Part shown: positions 25,709 to 38,404 of the stretch, piece by piece
How the letters are laid out: every line of letters begins with the position of its first letter
How positions within the stretch are numbered: position 1 is the stretch's first letter
Assembly (NCBI RefSeq): GCF_018977255.1
Contig: NW_024705507.1
Coordinates: forward strand, 1 to 38,404
Reading direction: 5' to 3'
DNA: 38,404 nucleotides
DNA from: Callorhinchus milii
Taxonomy: Eukaryota
Notes under the pieces: generated by a model
The model's database searches: none
What the model was told of the DNA's origin: nothing
What the model saw: the letters and a program-made list of their open reading frames with translations, nothing else
Position numbers and translations under genes: made by a program

Positions 25709-27513
25709 GTGAGCGTAGTAACAGTAGTGGTGTTATCGAGTCAAAAGTACGCTATCGGCCGCAAGGATGTTTAGCGTTGAGTTTTAGATTTTGTTAACTG
25801 CTAAAACAAGAACGACACTCTAACCGAGATGCAAAAAAATCTCGCTAATGTGACGGCGAACACGTTTAAGAGTTTAATCGCGAAAATAGACACTTACTTG
25901 GAGATTCACGGTATATCGATGTCTTGAACCCGTCTGAAGATGTCGCCACGAACTCTCCCGACGCAAAGTCGCCTAACTGTCGACACAGCAATTGTGCTCG
26001 CCAGGCTGCGTTGTCTCGCGGTTGAAGGGCGATCAGCAGAGCGACGAGTCGAGCGTCCAACCTCATCAAGTTCCCTCTCGAAATGGCATTGAGCTCTGCT
26101 TCTGAGCCGCCTTATAACTCCCCCGCTAGGATCCAATCCTTTGTCTTTCAGGATATTTGCATTCGATTGTTAATTTTGGAAGGCACAATCCGCATGTCTA
26201 TTAACATGGGTAATGTGCCCACTGTGCTTCATGCATGAATATGTAAGTGCATCTCAGTGTGTAATTGTGCGCTTATTTTGAATAAATGGGATTACCGCAT
26301 TGAAATATTTTAATAACATTATGGTCGTATTAGCGTTTACTGTGCTTGAATATAGAAGATATGTGAAACTGAAGGTGCAGGATCGGATTAAAGTTATTTG
26401 AATAACTCTTTGGTCTATTATAATTATTCTAAAGTTGTGAAAAATATCACCTATAAACTATGAACAATGCATTATAATGCTGTGAAAATAACACTATAAA
26501 CTAGTGTTATAGTTTAGAACACCATATGTTGAAGAGTGGTATTAGAATCACAAAAGAATGATTAGAATCATAATGTGGCCATATTAGAATCACACGATGC
26601 TCGTATGTATGTACGTTATTTGGACATTCGTATCGGGGGTCGGATATGCGAAACGGAAGGTGCAGAATTAGGATGGGATTAAAGTATTAGAATAACACTT
26701 TGGTTGTATTATAATTACAATGTGATCGAATCAACGTTATATGTAAATGCGCAGGGCTCAATGCAATTTCGAGAGGGAAATTGATGAGGTTGGACGCTCT
26801 GCTGATCGCCAATCTAGCGCGAAACAACGCAGCCTGGTGAGCACATGTTAATAAAAAAGACAGCCAAGACGTTGCCGGTTAAGGGCAGATTTGCGTGACG
26901 AAGATCCTCCACCTGAAACTCGCTTAAAACACGTTCATTCAATGAACATGAGAAATAAATGAACAAACATTTGTTAAAATACGTTTTTATTAATCTGCAA
27001 TCATTTTTACGTTAAAACTCCAACCGAATATGTATTATGTCCTATGTTCAAACAGTTACAGTACAATGCAAACTATTTCCGTTCCAGGAATACCAACGCG
27101 TTAAAGTATCATTCCCCATGATGTCCTTATTAGTTCACCACATTTGTTCACTGTGCGTCTATATTTGAAGTCAAGGCCATATATCCAACGAACGCGTCAT
27201 CAACGTACATCCTAAAGTCGATTATTACCATCCAAAAAAAGCTTTAAACTTGAAAAAAACGTTTAAAATGTTGAGTAAAGATCTAACTACAGATGCATTC
27301 CAACTTTAGCTCAACAGGAAGACTTAAACACTACAATATTGTCCGAATTGAACCATCTCACAACCACTGCTCATCACACCACTTCACCAAGTAATCCGAC
27401 AACATCAAAAATCACCACCTGCACGTCAAGAAACTCTCAATCTAAAGGGTCAGAATTACATACAAAAGTACTCAAGACAGCTTAATAGGTACAACCGCAT
27501 GCAACATTATATT

Positions 27514-27930
27514 TCAGTCACCCGAGCTCTCGGGTTGATCCTCGAGCCACTCCATTACATCCAGCCATCTCTCGGGATCCAACTGCATGGGATCGAAGGT
27601 GGAATTATCTTCAGGACTTATTTCAGCACCTTGAATTTCACCTTTTGATTTCAGCTTCCTATCATTGTGGACCTTCTGATGCTTGTTCATGGATGATGAC
27701 TGTGAAAATGCCTTTCCACACACAGAGCATATGAATGGCTTCTCGCCCGTGTGTGTTCTCTGGTGACGCTGAAGATGTGATGAGTGTGCAAATGTCTTCC
27801 CACACACAGGGCACAAGAATGGCTTCTCGCCCGTGTGTGTTCTCTGATGAGTTTGAAGAGTTGTCGATTGTGGCAAATGTCTTCCCGCACACAGGGCACA
27901 GGAATGGCTTCTCGCCCGTGTGCGTTCTCT
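27514..27930 (-). pseudogene. ZF7: 5'-truncated C2H2 gene (3 fingers + C-terminal motif) joined to Gypsy remnant
   Basis: ORF 27514-27876; junction ...GATGTAAAGA|GAACGCACACGGGC on - strand at ~27930. Confidence 0.88.
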
Positions 27931-28100
27931 TTACATCACCCACCTCTCTGACCTCTACCTGTCCCCGCCATGGGCGGAGCAACTTGGATTTTCCCGGTGG
28001 CACCTGTAGGCAATACAACCATGCCCTGTCCCCCACTGCCCATGGAAGCACGTGTTCCCGCCGCCCCGAGTTATTTTCATTAGCGGATTGCGCTCTGGTG
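27931..28100 (-). mobile_element. Ty3/Gypsy integrase C-terminal fragment
   Basis: WAVGDRAWLYCLQVPPGKSKLLRPWRGQVEVREV, matching the VGDxVWL...KLxxxWxGPYxV consensus. Confidence 0.75.
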
Positions 28101-28869
28101 GGGAAAGGTCCTCGTTAGGAATCGTTTCGCAACGTTCAGGTCCAGAATACCGAAGTATACCGGGAATCACCTGTACTTAAAAACACGTAAACTGATAACA
28201 CTATAAACAATAACACTAAACATTAAACGACAAAAAAACCTACCAACTGGTTTTATAATTTATACCACCATAAACGGAGGTACGGTATTTAAATCTCATT
28301 AGAAGTATTAAAATCGCACTCTACACATATTTATGTAAATTATCTGTTCAATCGAACCGGGGGTCGGATATGTGAACTGTGGGGGTACAGGGCAAGAATC
28401 GCATTCAAATTTTAGAATAACAATATGGTCGTATTAGCATTTTACTGTGCTTGAATGTATGTTATGTGCAAATGCAAATCGTTAGTCGTAAATGCGAGGG
28501 AGGGGTTAAGAGGTGCACGTTTAATCCAGTGTTAACATTTATTTTAGCATCATATTTAAGGACACTGTTGTTGATAAGAATTCGTCTGGACATGGCACGT
28601 GCCTTGTTCTACTCGATCAACCAAAATTAGTACAATGTCGGTCATACAGGAGTGTGATTTCATTCATGAGTAGTATTCACAGAGCCCCGATGACACTAAC
28701 CTACCTAAAGTTATGGTTAAACAAAGTAATCTTGAGTGACTTAATTCTCAGCTCAGACATGATCATCGCAATCATTTCCAAAGACGTGTGGGGTCCTGCG
28801 AGAGCAGGTCCCGACTACAAACAGCTGGGCAGCAGAATCGGAAGTAGCTGCGTCGCCCTCGAAATGTGA

Positions 28870-28925
28870 TGTTGCTGCTGTTGTTGTCGCTGCTGTTGTT
28901 GCTGCTGTAGTTGCTTCTGTTGCTG
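28870..28925. repeat. Imperfect GCT/GTT trinucleotide tract (CAG/CAA, polyQ-like on -)
   Basis: Direct inspection; paralog at 36843-36902. Confidence 0.8.
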
Positions 28926-29253
28926 TGATATACGCAGGGAGGTGGTGTTCCGTGATGGGATGACGCCTTTGATTAAAGCCTCTGATCAAACTCACCCGAT
29001 TGACGCCCTTGATCGTCGCATTTGATCAACTCTGATATTGTAGACTCTCACATGTTAAGCTCTATCATAGTGAAACATAATATTATAACCTATGAACTAC
29101 AACCTATCCATTGTAACGCTGTAAAAGAATATTACCTATTGGGTTTCACTCCCTCGTCGAGAAGGCCGCTCTCTTCCTTTTCTAAAGTTACATGCTAATT
29201 TCTCTGCATTCACTTTAAATCGAGGACAAAGTTTTTCCATTTATTCAAAATAA

Positions 29254-29283
29254 NNNNNNNNNNNNNNNNNNNNNNNNNNNNNN
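29254..29283. other. Assembly gap (30 N)
   Basis: N run. Confidence 1.
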
Positions 29284-29668
29284 GTCAGCTAAACTCGACT
29301 CGGCCATTTTATTTGTTCGTTTTGGGGTATATATCTTTGTGCCCCTGTGACCCATAAATGTCCTGTCTATAATTTTAGACAGACCTATGTGGCAGAATGC
29401 GCGTCTCGTCTTATGATTTACAGAGGGCTAAAGTAGATTAGGTTTCGATCCGCCACCGGTCAGTGATTCAAAACGTTAATGAGGGAATGCCGAAGATAAG
29501 GATGGTAACGGATGGCGTATTGAGGCTCATGTACTCCCCAGTAGAGTATATGATGTCTTCGTAGCTGGAGAAACAGATCTCTGGCCACGCTATTCCACGG
29601 ACGGAAACGGCACTTGTATCGAGAACTCCAGTAATACGCCATCTGAGTAGCTTTAAAGATTCTTAAAC

Positions 29669-30310
29669 GTGTTCGTCGTCAAATTAGGGGATTTTTTTGC
29701 GTCTCGGTTAGACGCGAGTGTCGTTCTTGTTTTAGCAGTTAACAAAATCCAAAACTCAACGCTAAACATCCTTGCGGCCGATAGCGTACATGGAGCAGAG
29801 ACGCTCTCCACAGCCCCACGCACACGGAGCAAGAAGCCATTCAATTGCTCTGTGTGTGGGAAGTCCTTTTCATGGCCATCACATCTTCAGAGACACCAGA
29901 GAACACACACGGGCGAGAAGCCATTCCTGTGCCCTGTGTGTGGGAAGACATTTGCACAATCGACAACTCTTCAAACTCATCAGAGAACACACACGGGCGA
30001 GAAGCCATTCCTGTGCCCTGTGTGTGGGAAGGCATTTGCACACTCATCAACTCTTCAAGATCATCAGAGAACACACACGGGCGAGAAGCCATTCCTGTGC
30101 TCTGTGTGTGGGAAGACATTTGCACAGTCATCAACCAGGAACAGGCATCAGAAGGTCCACAATGATAGGAAACTGAAATCAAAAGCTGAAATTCAAGGTG
30201 CTGCAATGAGTCCTGAAGAAATTTCCACCTTCGATCCCATGCAGTTGGATCCCGAGAGATGGCTGGATGTAATGGAGTGGCTCGAGGATCAAACCGAGAG
30301 TCAGGGGTGA
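29669..30310 (+). CDS. ZF8: four-finger C2H2 protein with in-frame C-terminal acidic/Trp motif; true start uncertain (probably spliced)
   Basis: Open frame 29669-30310; helices WPSH, QSTT, HSST, QSST; ends [26 protein letters not shown]. Confidence 0.88.
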   Translation: MFVVKLGDFFASRLDASVVLVLAVNKIQNSTLNILAADSVHGAETLSTAPRTRSKKPFNCSVCGKSFSWPSHLQRHQRTHTGEKPFLCPVCGKTFAQSTTLQTHQRTHTGEKPFLCPVCGKAFAHSSTLQDHQRTHTGEKPFLCSVCGKTFAQSSTRNRHQKVHNDRKLKSKAEIQGAAMSPEEISTFDPMQLDPERWLDVMEWLEDQTESQG

Positions 30311-32624
30311 CTGAAATATAATGTTGCATGCGGTTATACCTATTAAGCCGTATCGAGTACTTTTGTGTGTAATTTTGACCATTTAGTTTTACAGTTTTTT
30401 TGAGAGTTTAATGACGTGCAAGTGGTGGTTTGTAATGTTATCGGATTACTTGCGAAGTGGTGTGATGAGCAGTGGTTGTTAGATGGTTCAATTCCGGACA
30501 ATATTGTAGTGTTTATGTTGAGCTAAAGTTGGAATGCATCTGTAGTTAAATCTTTACTCAACATTTTAAACGGTTTTTTTTCAAGTATATAGTTTTTTTG
30601 GTTGGTAATAATCGACTTTAGGATGTACATTGATGACGCGTTCGTTGGATATATGGCCTTGACTTCAACATAGACGCACAGTGAACAAACGTGGTGAACT
30701 AATAAGGAAATCATGGGAATGATACTTTAACGCTTTGGTATTCCTGGAACGGATATGGTTTGCATTGTACTGTAACTGTTTGAACATAGGACATAATACA
30801 TTCGGTTGGAGTTTTAACGTAAAAATTATTGCAGATGAATAAAAACGTATTTTAACAAATGTTTGTCCGTTTATTTATTTTACAATGTTCATAGCAAAAA
30901 CGTGTTTTAAGCGAGTTTCAGGTGGAGGATCTTCGTCACACAAATCTGCCCTTAACCGGCAGCATCTTGGCTGTCTCTCCATTAACATGTGTCCCTGGAG
31001 GGGAAAGGTCCCCATTATAAATCTATTCGCAACGTTACGGTCCCTAATCATCAAGTATGACATGTGAACTGTAACACTATCAACGATAACAAAAATATTA
31101 AAATACAATAATCTATTAACTAGTTTCATCATTTATAACACCAAAAACAGAGGTACGGTATTATTAGTTTTGAGCAACATAAATGGAGGTTCGTGATTAT
31201 AATCGCATAATAATAATTATAATCGCACTGTGATAATGTTAGAATCACACTGTGGCCATATGCATGTTAAGTGAATGCGAACCGGGGGTAGGATATGCAA
31301 GATTTGAATCTCATTACAATTATTAAAATCCCACTGTAGTCGTATTAGAATCAAACTGTCCACTGTTGGATGAATGTCATGTTAATTTAATCGAATGGCT
31401 ATATACGGTATGTAAACATATAAAGTGTATAACAATCACATATTATAACATAATTACATTTCATATGATTTGAAAAACATACGTTCATTTAAAAAAACGA
31501 GAATTTCGTGGACCTTGTGGGGAGATGGAGCGCGGTGGATCGGATCGTCTCCGCTGCTGTCGACGGGGCCAAGCAGCGAATGTTTAACTCCAGTCACAGC
31601 GCCTTACCCAAACTACATCTCCTATTGAAGATAACAATTCGTCAAGAAAAGGCAAGATTACAATGTCTTTCATAAAGGAGTATGAGTTCATTCATGAGTA
31701 GTATTCGCTAAGCCCAGATGGCACTAACCTGCACTCAGTTTTGTTGAAACAAAGTAAACATTAGTCGCTCAAATCTCAGCCCAATCATGGTCATTGCAAT
31801 TATTTACAAATGCGTGTGGGGTCCCACGAGGACAGGGCACGGCCAAAAACTCACATTATAAACTCTAACAATATAACTGTTATAGCTGTACATTGTAACC
31901 CTATAACAATAACACTGTAATCTACTTTTATAGTAAAATCTAATGTTGTGAACTCTAACAATAAAGCCTATGAGCTCTACATTATAATGCAAAAAATTGC
32001 ATTATAAGCTAGTGTTATAGATTGGAACACCATACATTGAAGTGTGATATTGGAATCGCATTCGAATTATTAGAATACTCCGTAGTCCTCTTAGAATCAC
32101 ACTATGCTCGTAAGTACGTTACATGTATTTACGTAACATATCTGTATGTAATATGTCTGTATGTAATATGTATGTATGTAACATGTCTGCATGTAATATG
32201 TATGTAATATGTATGTATGTAATATGTATGTATGTAATATGTATGCATGTAATATGTATGTATGTACATGTATGTATGTAATATGTATGTATGTAATATG
32301 GACGTGCGAACCAAGGGTGGGATCTGTGAAACGGAAGGTGCAGGATCAGGATCTGATTACGTTTTTTGTCGCACCAGAATTACACTGTGCTCAAATCTAC
32401 GTTATATGAAAATACGCATCAGAAGACCAAAATGTGGCCTGCGAGGTGCCAGGTTTAGAATCGCATAAAATTATTAGAATCACACCATCATCGTATTAGA
32501 ATCAAGTTGCCCACTGATTCATGAATGTTCTATCTCAATGGCATCGAATAGCAATACACAAGTATGGAAATGTATAAATAATTGAACAAACTACTGAGCT
32601 CGTGCGATTATGAATCGTTACAAT

Positions 32625-33695
32625 TGTAATGACTCCAGACTCTGTAGACTGTAGAGGGTTATATTATTTAGCCTGTAACACTGCTTACGACACCGGAATC
32701 ACGATATAGCAACGACAACGACGAGACAGCAACAAGCCACGACCCGATATTCCACCAAAACAGCCCCGGACCTCGTTCCTCCCCCTCTCTTATTCTCGGT
32801 GTGAATCTACCACCACCCTTTGTCCCACCTTCTCTTCTTTCACTCTTTATAGCCTATTGTCACCGCTTGTCCCTTAGTAGATGCACTGTCTTACATCAGC
32901 AATATGTTTTAGAAGCCAAGTGCATCAGGGCAGCAGCTGTAGCAAAATTCCCCGACGCCCAACAATCACAATCTTAACGGGCAACTGCAAGGGGTAAGCG
33001 GTGTGACCACACTCACTCGACAACATCAACAAACCAACACAATAACCACAACAATAAATATCAAACGCTTCCACATTGTGAAAGGGAACCCTTCCATCGT
33101 TCATGGGTTGGGCGAGGAGCCTACTAACACAACCTTGAGCATTTTGACCGGGTTCTCGACGCCAGTCCCTCGCCCATCATGGAATCTTGTGCCTTTCCGG
33201 GCGTCAACGGTTCGCACCACAGCGTTGAAGGGTTATGCGGGTCCCTGGCTTCTTTTGATGAATATGACCAGGCTCCTGGCACCGATCCCTCACACGTGGC
33301 AGATCCTGAGGCACCCCGGGCCTCAGGGGCTCGGAAACTGTGGGGAGCACAACACATTTCATTTGGAGTACGGTTTCCGTTTCCGAGCGCCCCACCACGT
33401 TGGACACACCAGACTTGGGCTGTACAGGACATGGGGATGAGCTGTCTGGGTGGGGACGGACATAAGTCTTGAGGCGCGATGGGTGGACGAACCAACGGCG
33501 ACGCCCTATCTACATGCGTACACACTGCGGCCATTTCACCTCTATGACTTCTACCTGTCGCCGCCGTGGGCGGAGCAACTTGGTGGACGTACCCGGTGTC
33601 ACCTTTGGGCAATACAACCTGTCTACGACCGCCCATGGAAGCACGTGTTCCCGCCGCCCCGTGTTCTTTTCATTAGCGGCTTGCGCTCTAGCAGG
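32625..33695 (-). mobile_element. Ty3/Gypsy 3' remnant: integrase C-terminus plus LTR 32625-32895
   Basis: Retains WFVHPSRLKTYV (VHxSRLKxY integrase motif) at ~33460-33495; LTR ends GTCATTACA. Confidence 0.8.
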
Positions 33696-35987
33696 GAAAG
33701 TTCCTCGTTGTAAATCGTTTCACAACGTTCTGGTCCCGAAACCCGAAGTATACGGGGGATCACCTGTACTCTATAACATGTAAACTGATAACACTATGAA
33801 CAATAACACTAAACATTCAACGACTTTAATTTTTTTTTATAATAGATTCCACCATAAACGGAGTTACGGTATGAGAATGTCATTAGAAGCATTCTAATCG
33901 CTCATATGTATGTAAAGTGTAGGTTCAATCGAATCGGGGGACGGATATGCGAACTGTGGGGGTTTGCAGGGTTAGAATCGCATTAAAATTATTCTAGTAA
34001 CAATATGTTCGTATGCGCATTTTACTGTGCTTGAATATATGTTATGTGCAAATGCGAATCGTTAGTCATAAATGCTAGGCAGGGTTTAAAATGTGCATGT
34101 TTAATCCAGTGTTAACGTTAATCCAGTGTTAGCATTATATTTAAGGACAATATTGTTAATATCAATTCGTCTGGACATGGCACGTGCCTTGTTCGTCTCG
34201 ATCAACCAAAATTAGTACAATGTCGGTCATAAAGGTGTGCGAGTTCATTCATAAGCAGTGTTCGCTGATCCCCGATGACACAGACCTACACACAAACAAA
34301 GTACTCTTTATTAAATTAATTATCAGCTCAGACATCATCATCTCAATCATTTCCAAAGACGTGTGGGGTCCCGCGAGAGCAGGGCCTGGCAACAAATATC
34401 TGAGCAGCGGAAGCAGCAGAATCAGAAGTAGCTGCGTCGCCCTCGAAATGTGATGTTGCTGCTGCTGTATTTGCTTCTGCGTCGATCAAGATTGACGCTC
34501 TTGATCAACTCTGACATTGTAAACTCTCACATGTTAAACTCTAACATAGTGAAATATAATATTATAACCTATGAACTACAACCTATCCATTGTTACGCTT
34601 GAAAATACGATTAACTGTTATAGTGCAGAACCACATAATTGGAGGTGTGGGATTATAATCGCATACTAATCATTAGAATCGCACTGAGCTAATTAGAATC
34701 ACACTGTGGTTGTACGTATGGTAAGTTAATATGCCAACCGGGGTAGGATATGCAGGATTAGAATCGAATTACAATTATTCGAATCCCACTCGTCGTATTA
34801 GAATCACACTTTCCACTGTTGGATGAATGTGTCGTATCAATGGAATCGAATAGCCATATAAGTATATACAGTATACACAAATAAAGAGTATAACAATCAC
34901 ACATTGTAACATAGATACAATACACATTAATTTAAAAAACGTATTTACAAATATATATTCCACTTTTTTAAACTCAGAATGTCGTCGTTCATGTGGGGAG
35001 ATGGAGCGCAGTGGATCGTATCGTCTAAGCTGCTTTTCGGAATCCGTGTGATAACCCAGTCACATCGCCTAACTCCAGTGACAGCGCCTTACCCAAACTA
35101 CATCTCCCCAACAAGGCAGCCTTACCGATGCTGTGTATTGTGTTTATGGGATAACAGAGGTGTGTATTTTCCCATACGCCTTGCCCAAAAGACTGATTGT
35201 CCGCTTAACAGCCTAGCCCATAAACCACATTGGTGATAGTGTTGTTTGAGAGCAGCTATTAAAGTCGCTGGGCAAACGAGGTGGTGGCTGGCCAAAATCA
35301 TGTCTCGCTGTTTGTCTGTATTGCAAGTGTGGTCACTACGCGTCTGTATGCGTTCACTCCAGAAGCTGGTAGTTTTTGGTCAACGCCACGGGGCTGCATT
35401 CACTTTAAATCGAGGACAATGGAGGGCATGGGAAACGTGTTTTTTCAGCGATAATCCCATTTATTCAAAATAAGCGCGCAATTACACACTGAGATGCACT
35501 TACATATGTAACACGATAACACTCATGACTATAAACTGGTTTTATAATGTATTACACCACAAACGGAGGTACGGTATTAAAATATCATGAGAAGTATTTG
35601 AATCTCACTGTGGTCGTATTACAATCTAACTCTGCTCATATGCATGTGTAATGTACGTGCAAGCGAACGGAGGTCGGATATGCGAATTCGGGGGGGGGGG
35701 CGGTGGTGCAGGGGTAAAATCGCATGGAAATTAATAGAATAACACTGTGCTCGAATGTATATTTTGTAAATGCGCATCGGGAGTGGCTAATGTGACTTTG
35801 GATAAGCATGATTAGAATTCCAGTACAACTATTACAATCGCACTATGCTCATATTAGAATCAGGAAAATCAGAAAGGTAACTGCTAGATAAATGTTCCAT
35901 ATCAATGACATCCAATACAATATCTGCATATGTTTCAATAAACGCACAAACTCAATATAAGCCCGTGAGATTATTAATCATTGTAAT

Positions 35988-36290
35988 TGTAATGACTCCG
36001 GACTCAGACTGCAGAGGGTTCTTTTATTTAGCCTTTAACGCGGTTTCAGACCCCAGGCGTCACGATATAGCAACGACGACGACGAGACAGCAACCAGCCA
36101 ACACAGCCCCAAACCTCGTTCCTCCCCCTCTCTCATTCTCGGCGTGAACCTCCGCCCACACTTGGTCTCGCCTTCCCTTCTCGAACTCTCTCTATCTTGT
36201 TGTCACCACTTGTCCCTTAGTTGATGCACTGTCTTTACATCACCCACCTCTATGACCTCTACCTGACCCCGCCATGGGCGGAGCAACTTG
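35988..36290 (-). mobile_element. Gypsy-type LTR (35988-36239) with short integrase remnant
   Basis: TGTAAAGAC...GTCATTACA on - strand; adjacent KLLRPWRGQVEVIEV. Confidence 0.75.
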
Positions 36291-36299
36291 GGGGACATA

Positions 36300-37227
36300 C
36301 AGATGTGTATGTAAATTATCTGTTCAATCGGGGGTCGGATATGTGAACCGTGGGGTGGGGGGTACAGGGCAAGACTTGCATTCAAATTTCAGAATAACAA
36401 TATGGTCGTATTAGCATTTTAATGGGCTTGAATGTATGTTATGTGCAAATGCAAATCGTTAGTCGTAAATGCGAGGGCGGGGTTAAGAGGTGCACGTTTA
36501 ATCCAGTGTTAACATTTATTTTAGTATCATATATAAGGACACTATTGTTGATAATAACTCGTCTGACATGTCATGTGACTTGTTCTACTCGATCAACCAA
36601 AATTAATACAATGTCGGTCATACAGGAGTGTGATTTCATTCATGAGTAGTAGTCACACAGCCCGATGACACTAACCTACCTAAAGTTATGGTTAAACAAA
36701 GCAATCTGAGTGACCTAATTCTCAGCTCAGACATGATCATCGCAATCATTTCCAAGACGTGTAGGGTCGTGCGAGAGCAGGTGCCGACTACAAACAGCTG
36801 GGCAGCAGAATCGGAAGTAGCTGCGTTGCCCTCGAAATGTGATGTTGCTGCTGTTGTTGTCGCTGCTGCTGTTGTTGCTGCTGTAGTTGTTTCTGTTGCT
36901 GCAATAAACGCAGGGAGGTGGTGTTACGTGATGGGATGACGCCTTTGATTAAAGCCTCTGATCAAACTCACCCGATTGACGCCCTTGATCGTCGCATTTG
37001 ATCAACTCTGATATTGTAGACTCTCACATCTTAAGCTCTATCATAGTGAACATAATATTATAACCTATGAACTACAACCTATCCATTGTAACGCTGTAAA
37101 AGAATATTACCTATTTGGTTTCACTCCCTCGTCGAGAAGGCCGCTCTCATCCTTTTCTAAAGTTACATGCTAATTTCTCTGCATTCACTTTAATCGAGGA
37201 CAAAGTTTTTCCATTTATTCAAAATAA
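36300..37227. repeat. Direct duplication of ~28325-29253
   Basis: Colinear near-identity ending in the ZF upstream module. Confidence 0.88.
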
Positions 37228-37390
37228 GCGCACAGTTACACACTGAGATGCACTTACATATTCATGCATGAAGCACAATGGGCACATTACCCTTCGGTAT
37301 GCTAATAGACATGCGGATTGTGCCTTCCAAAATTTACAATCGAATGCAAATATCCTGAAAGACAAAGGATTGGATCCTAGGGGGGGGAGT

Positions 37391-37802
37391 TATAAGGCGG
37401 CTCAGAATCAGAGCTCAATGCCATTTCGAGAGGGAACTTGATGAGGTTGGACGCTCGACTCGTCGCTCTGCTGATCGCCTTCAACCGCGAGACAACGCAG
37501 CCTGGCGAGCACAATTGATGTGTCGACAGTTAGGCGACTTTGCGTCGGGAGAGTTCGTGGCGACATCTTCAGACGGGTTTCAGACACCGATATATAGCGT
37601 GAATCTCCAAGTAAGTGTCTATTTTCGCGGATAAACTCTTAAACGTTTTCGTCGTCAAATTTACGGGATTTTTTTGCGTCTCGGTTAGACGCGAGTGTCG
37701 TTCTTGTTTTAGCAGTTACAAAATCCAAACTCGACGCTAAATATCCTTGCGGCCGATAGCGTACTTTTGACTCGATAACACCGCTGCTGTTACTACGCTC
37801 AC
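37391..37802 (+). promoter_or_regulatory. ZF9 5' module: TATA-like 37391, Inr-like ~37421, exon 1, intron 37611-37712
   Basis: TATAAGG, CCATTTC, CAA|GTAAGT, TTGTTTTAG. Confidence 0.5.
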
Positions 37803-38404
37803 ATGGAGCAGAGACGCTCTCCACAGCCCACGCACACGGAGGCAAGAAGCCATTCAATTGCTCTGTGTGTGGGAAGTCCTTTCATGGCCATCAGATCTTC
37901 AGAGACACCAGAGAACACACACGGGCGAGAAGCCATTCCTGTGCCTGTGTGTGGGAAGCATTTGCACTCATCAATCTTCAAGTCATCAGAGAACACACAC
38001 GGGCGAGAAGCCATTCCTGTGCCCTGTGTGTGGGAAGACATTTGCACACTCATCAACTCTTCAGAGTCATCAGAGAACACACACGGGCGAGAAGCCATTC
38101 CTGTGCCTGTGTGTGGGAAGGCATTTGCACATCATCACTCTTCAGAGTCATCAGAGAACACACACGGGCGAGAAGCCATTCCTGTGCCTGTGTGTGGGAA
38201 GGCATTTGCACACTCATCAACTCTTCAAGTCATAGAGAAACACACGGGCGAGAAGCCATTCCTGTGCCCTGTGTGTGGGAAGACATTTGCACAGTCATCA
38301 ATCTTCAAACTCATCAGAGAACACACACGGGCGAGAAGCCATTCCTGTGCCTGTGTGTGGGAAGGCATTTGCACACTCATCAACCATGAACAGGCATCAG
38401 AAGT
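37803..38404 (+). pseudogene. ZF9: tandem C2H2 gene, ~7 fingers, many 1-bp deletions, runs off window end
   Basis: ATG MEQRR at 37803; six TGEKPF linkers. Confidence 0.88.

Larger units (their letters stand above)
20711..25870. repeat. Left arm of large inverted duplication (partner 29660-35507)
   Basis: Mirror ORF pairs 21092/34979, 21856/34184, 22503/33469, 22777/33003, 24607/30885, ZF6/ZF8. Confidence 0.9.
29660..35507. repeat. Right arm of large inverted duplication (partner 20711-25870)
   Basis: Reverse-complement colinearity with arm-specific indels (e.g. ~31053-31838 absent from left arm). Confidence 0.9.

Overview
Eukaryotic (metazoan-like) genomic DNA containing a cluster of nine paralogous tandem C2H2 zinc-finger genes (ZF1-ZF7 on -, ZF8-ZF9 on +; 3 to about 10 fingers each). 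The fingers are near-identical 84-bp repeats whose variation is concentrated at the base-contacting helix positions. Every copy that reaches its 3' end also has a short acidic/Trp C-terminal motif that I do not recognise. ZF1-ZF4 lie in a ~3.1-3.3 kb head-to-tail amplicon with the 3' half of an RTE-clade LINE, and the last RTE copy extends into the endonuclease domain. The rest is a patchwork of duplicated modules: decayed Ty3/Gypsy integrase tail plus LTR (5 traces), an AT-rich interspersed repeat with an ACAT/AGAC minisatellite, and fragments of an unidentified decayed gene. A ~5-6 kb inverted duplication flanks a 30-N gap. Many ZF copies are frameshifted; some indels are shared between copies (probably real), others may be consensus errors. 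The host species cannot be determined from the sequence.
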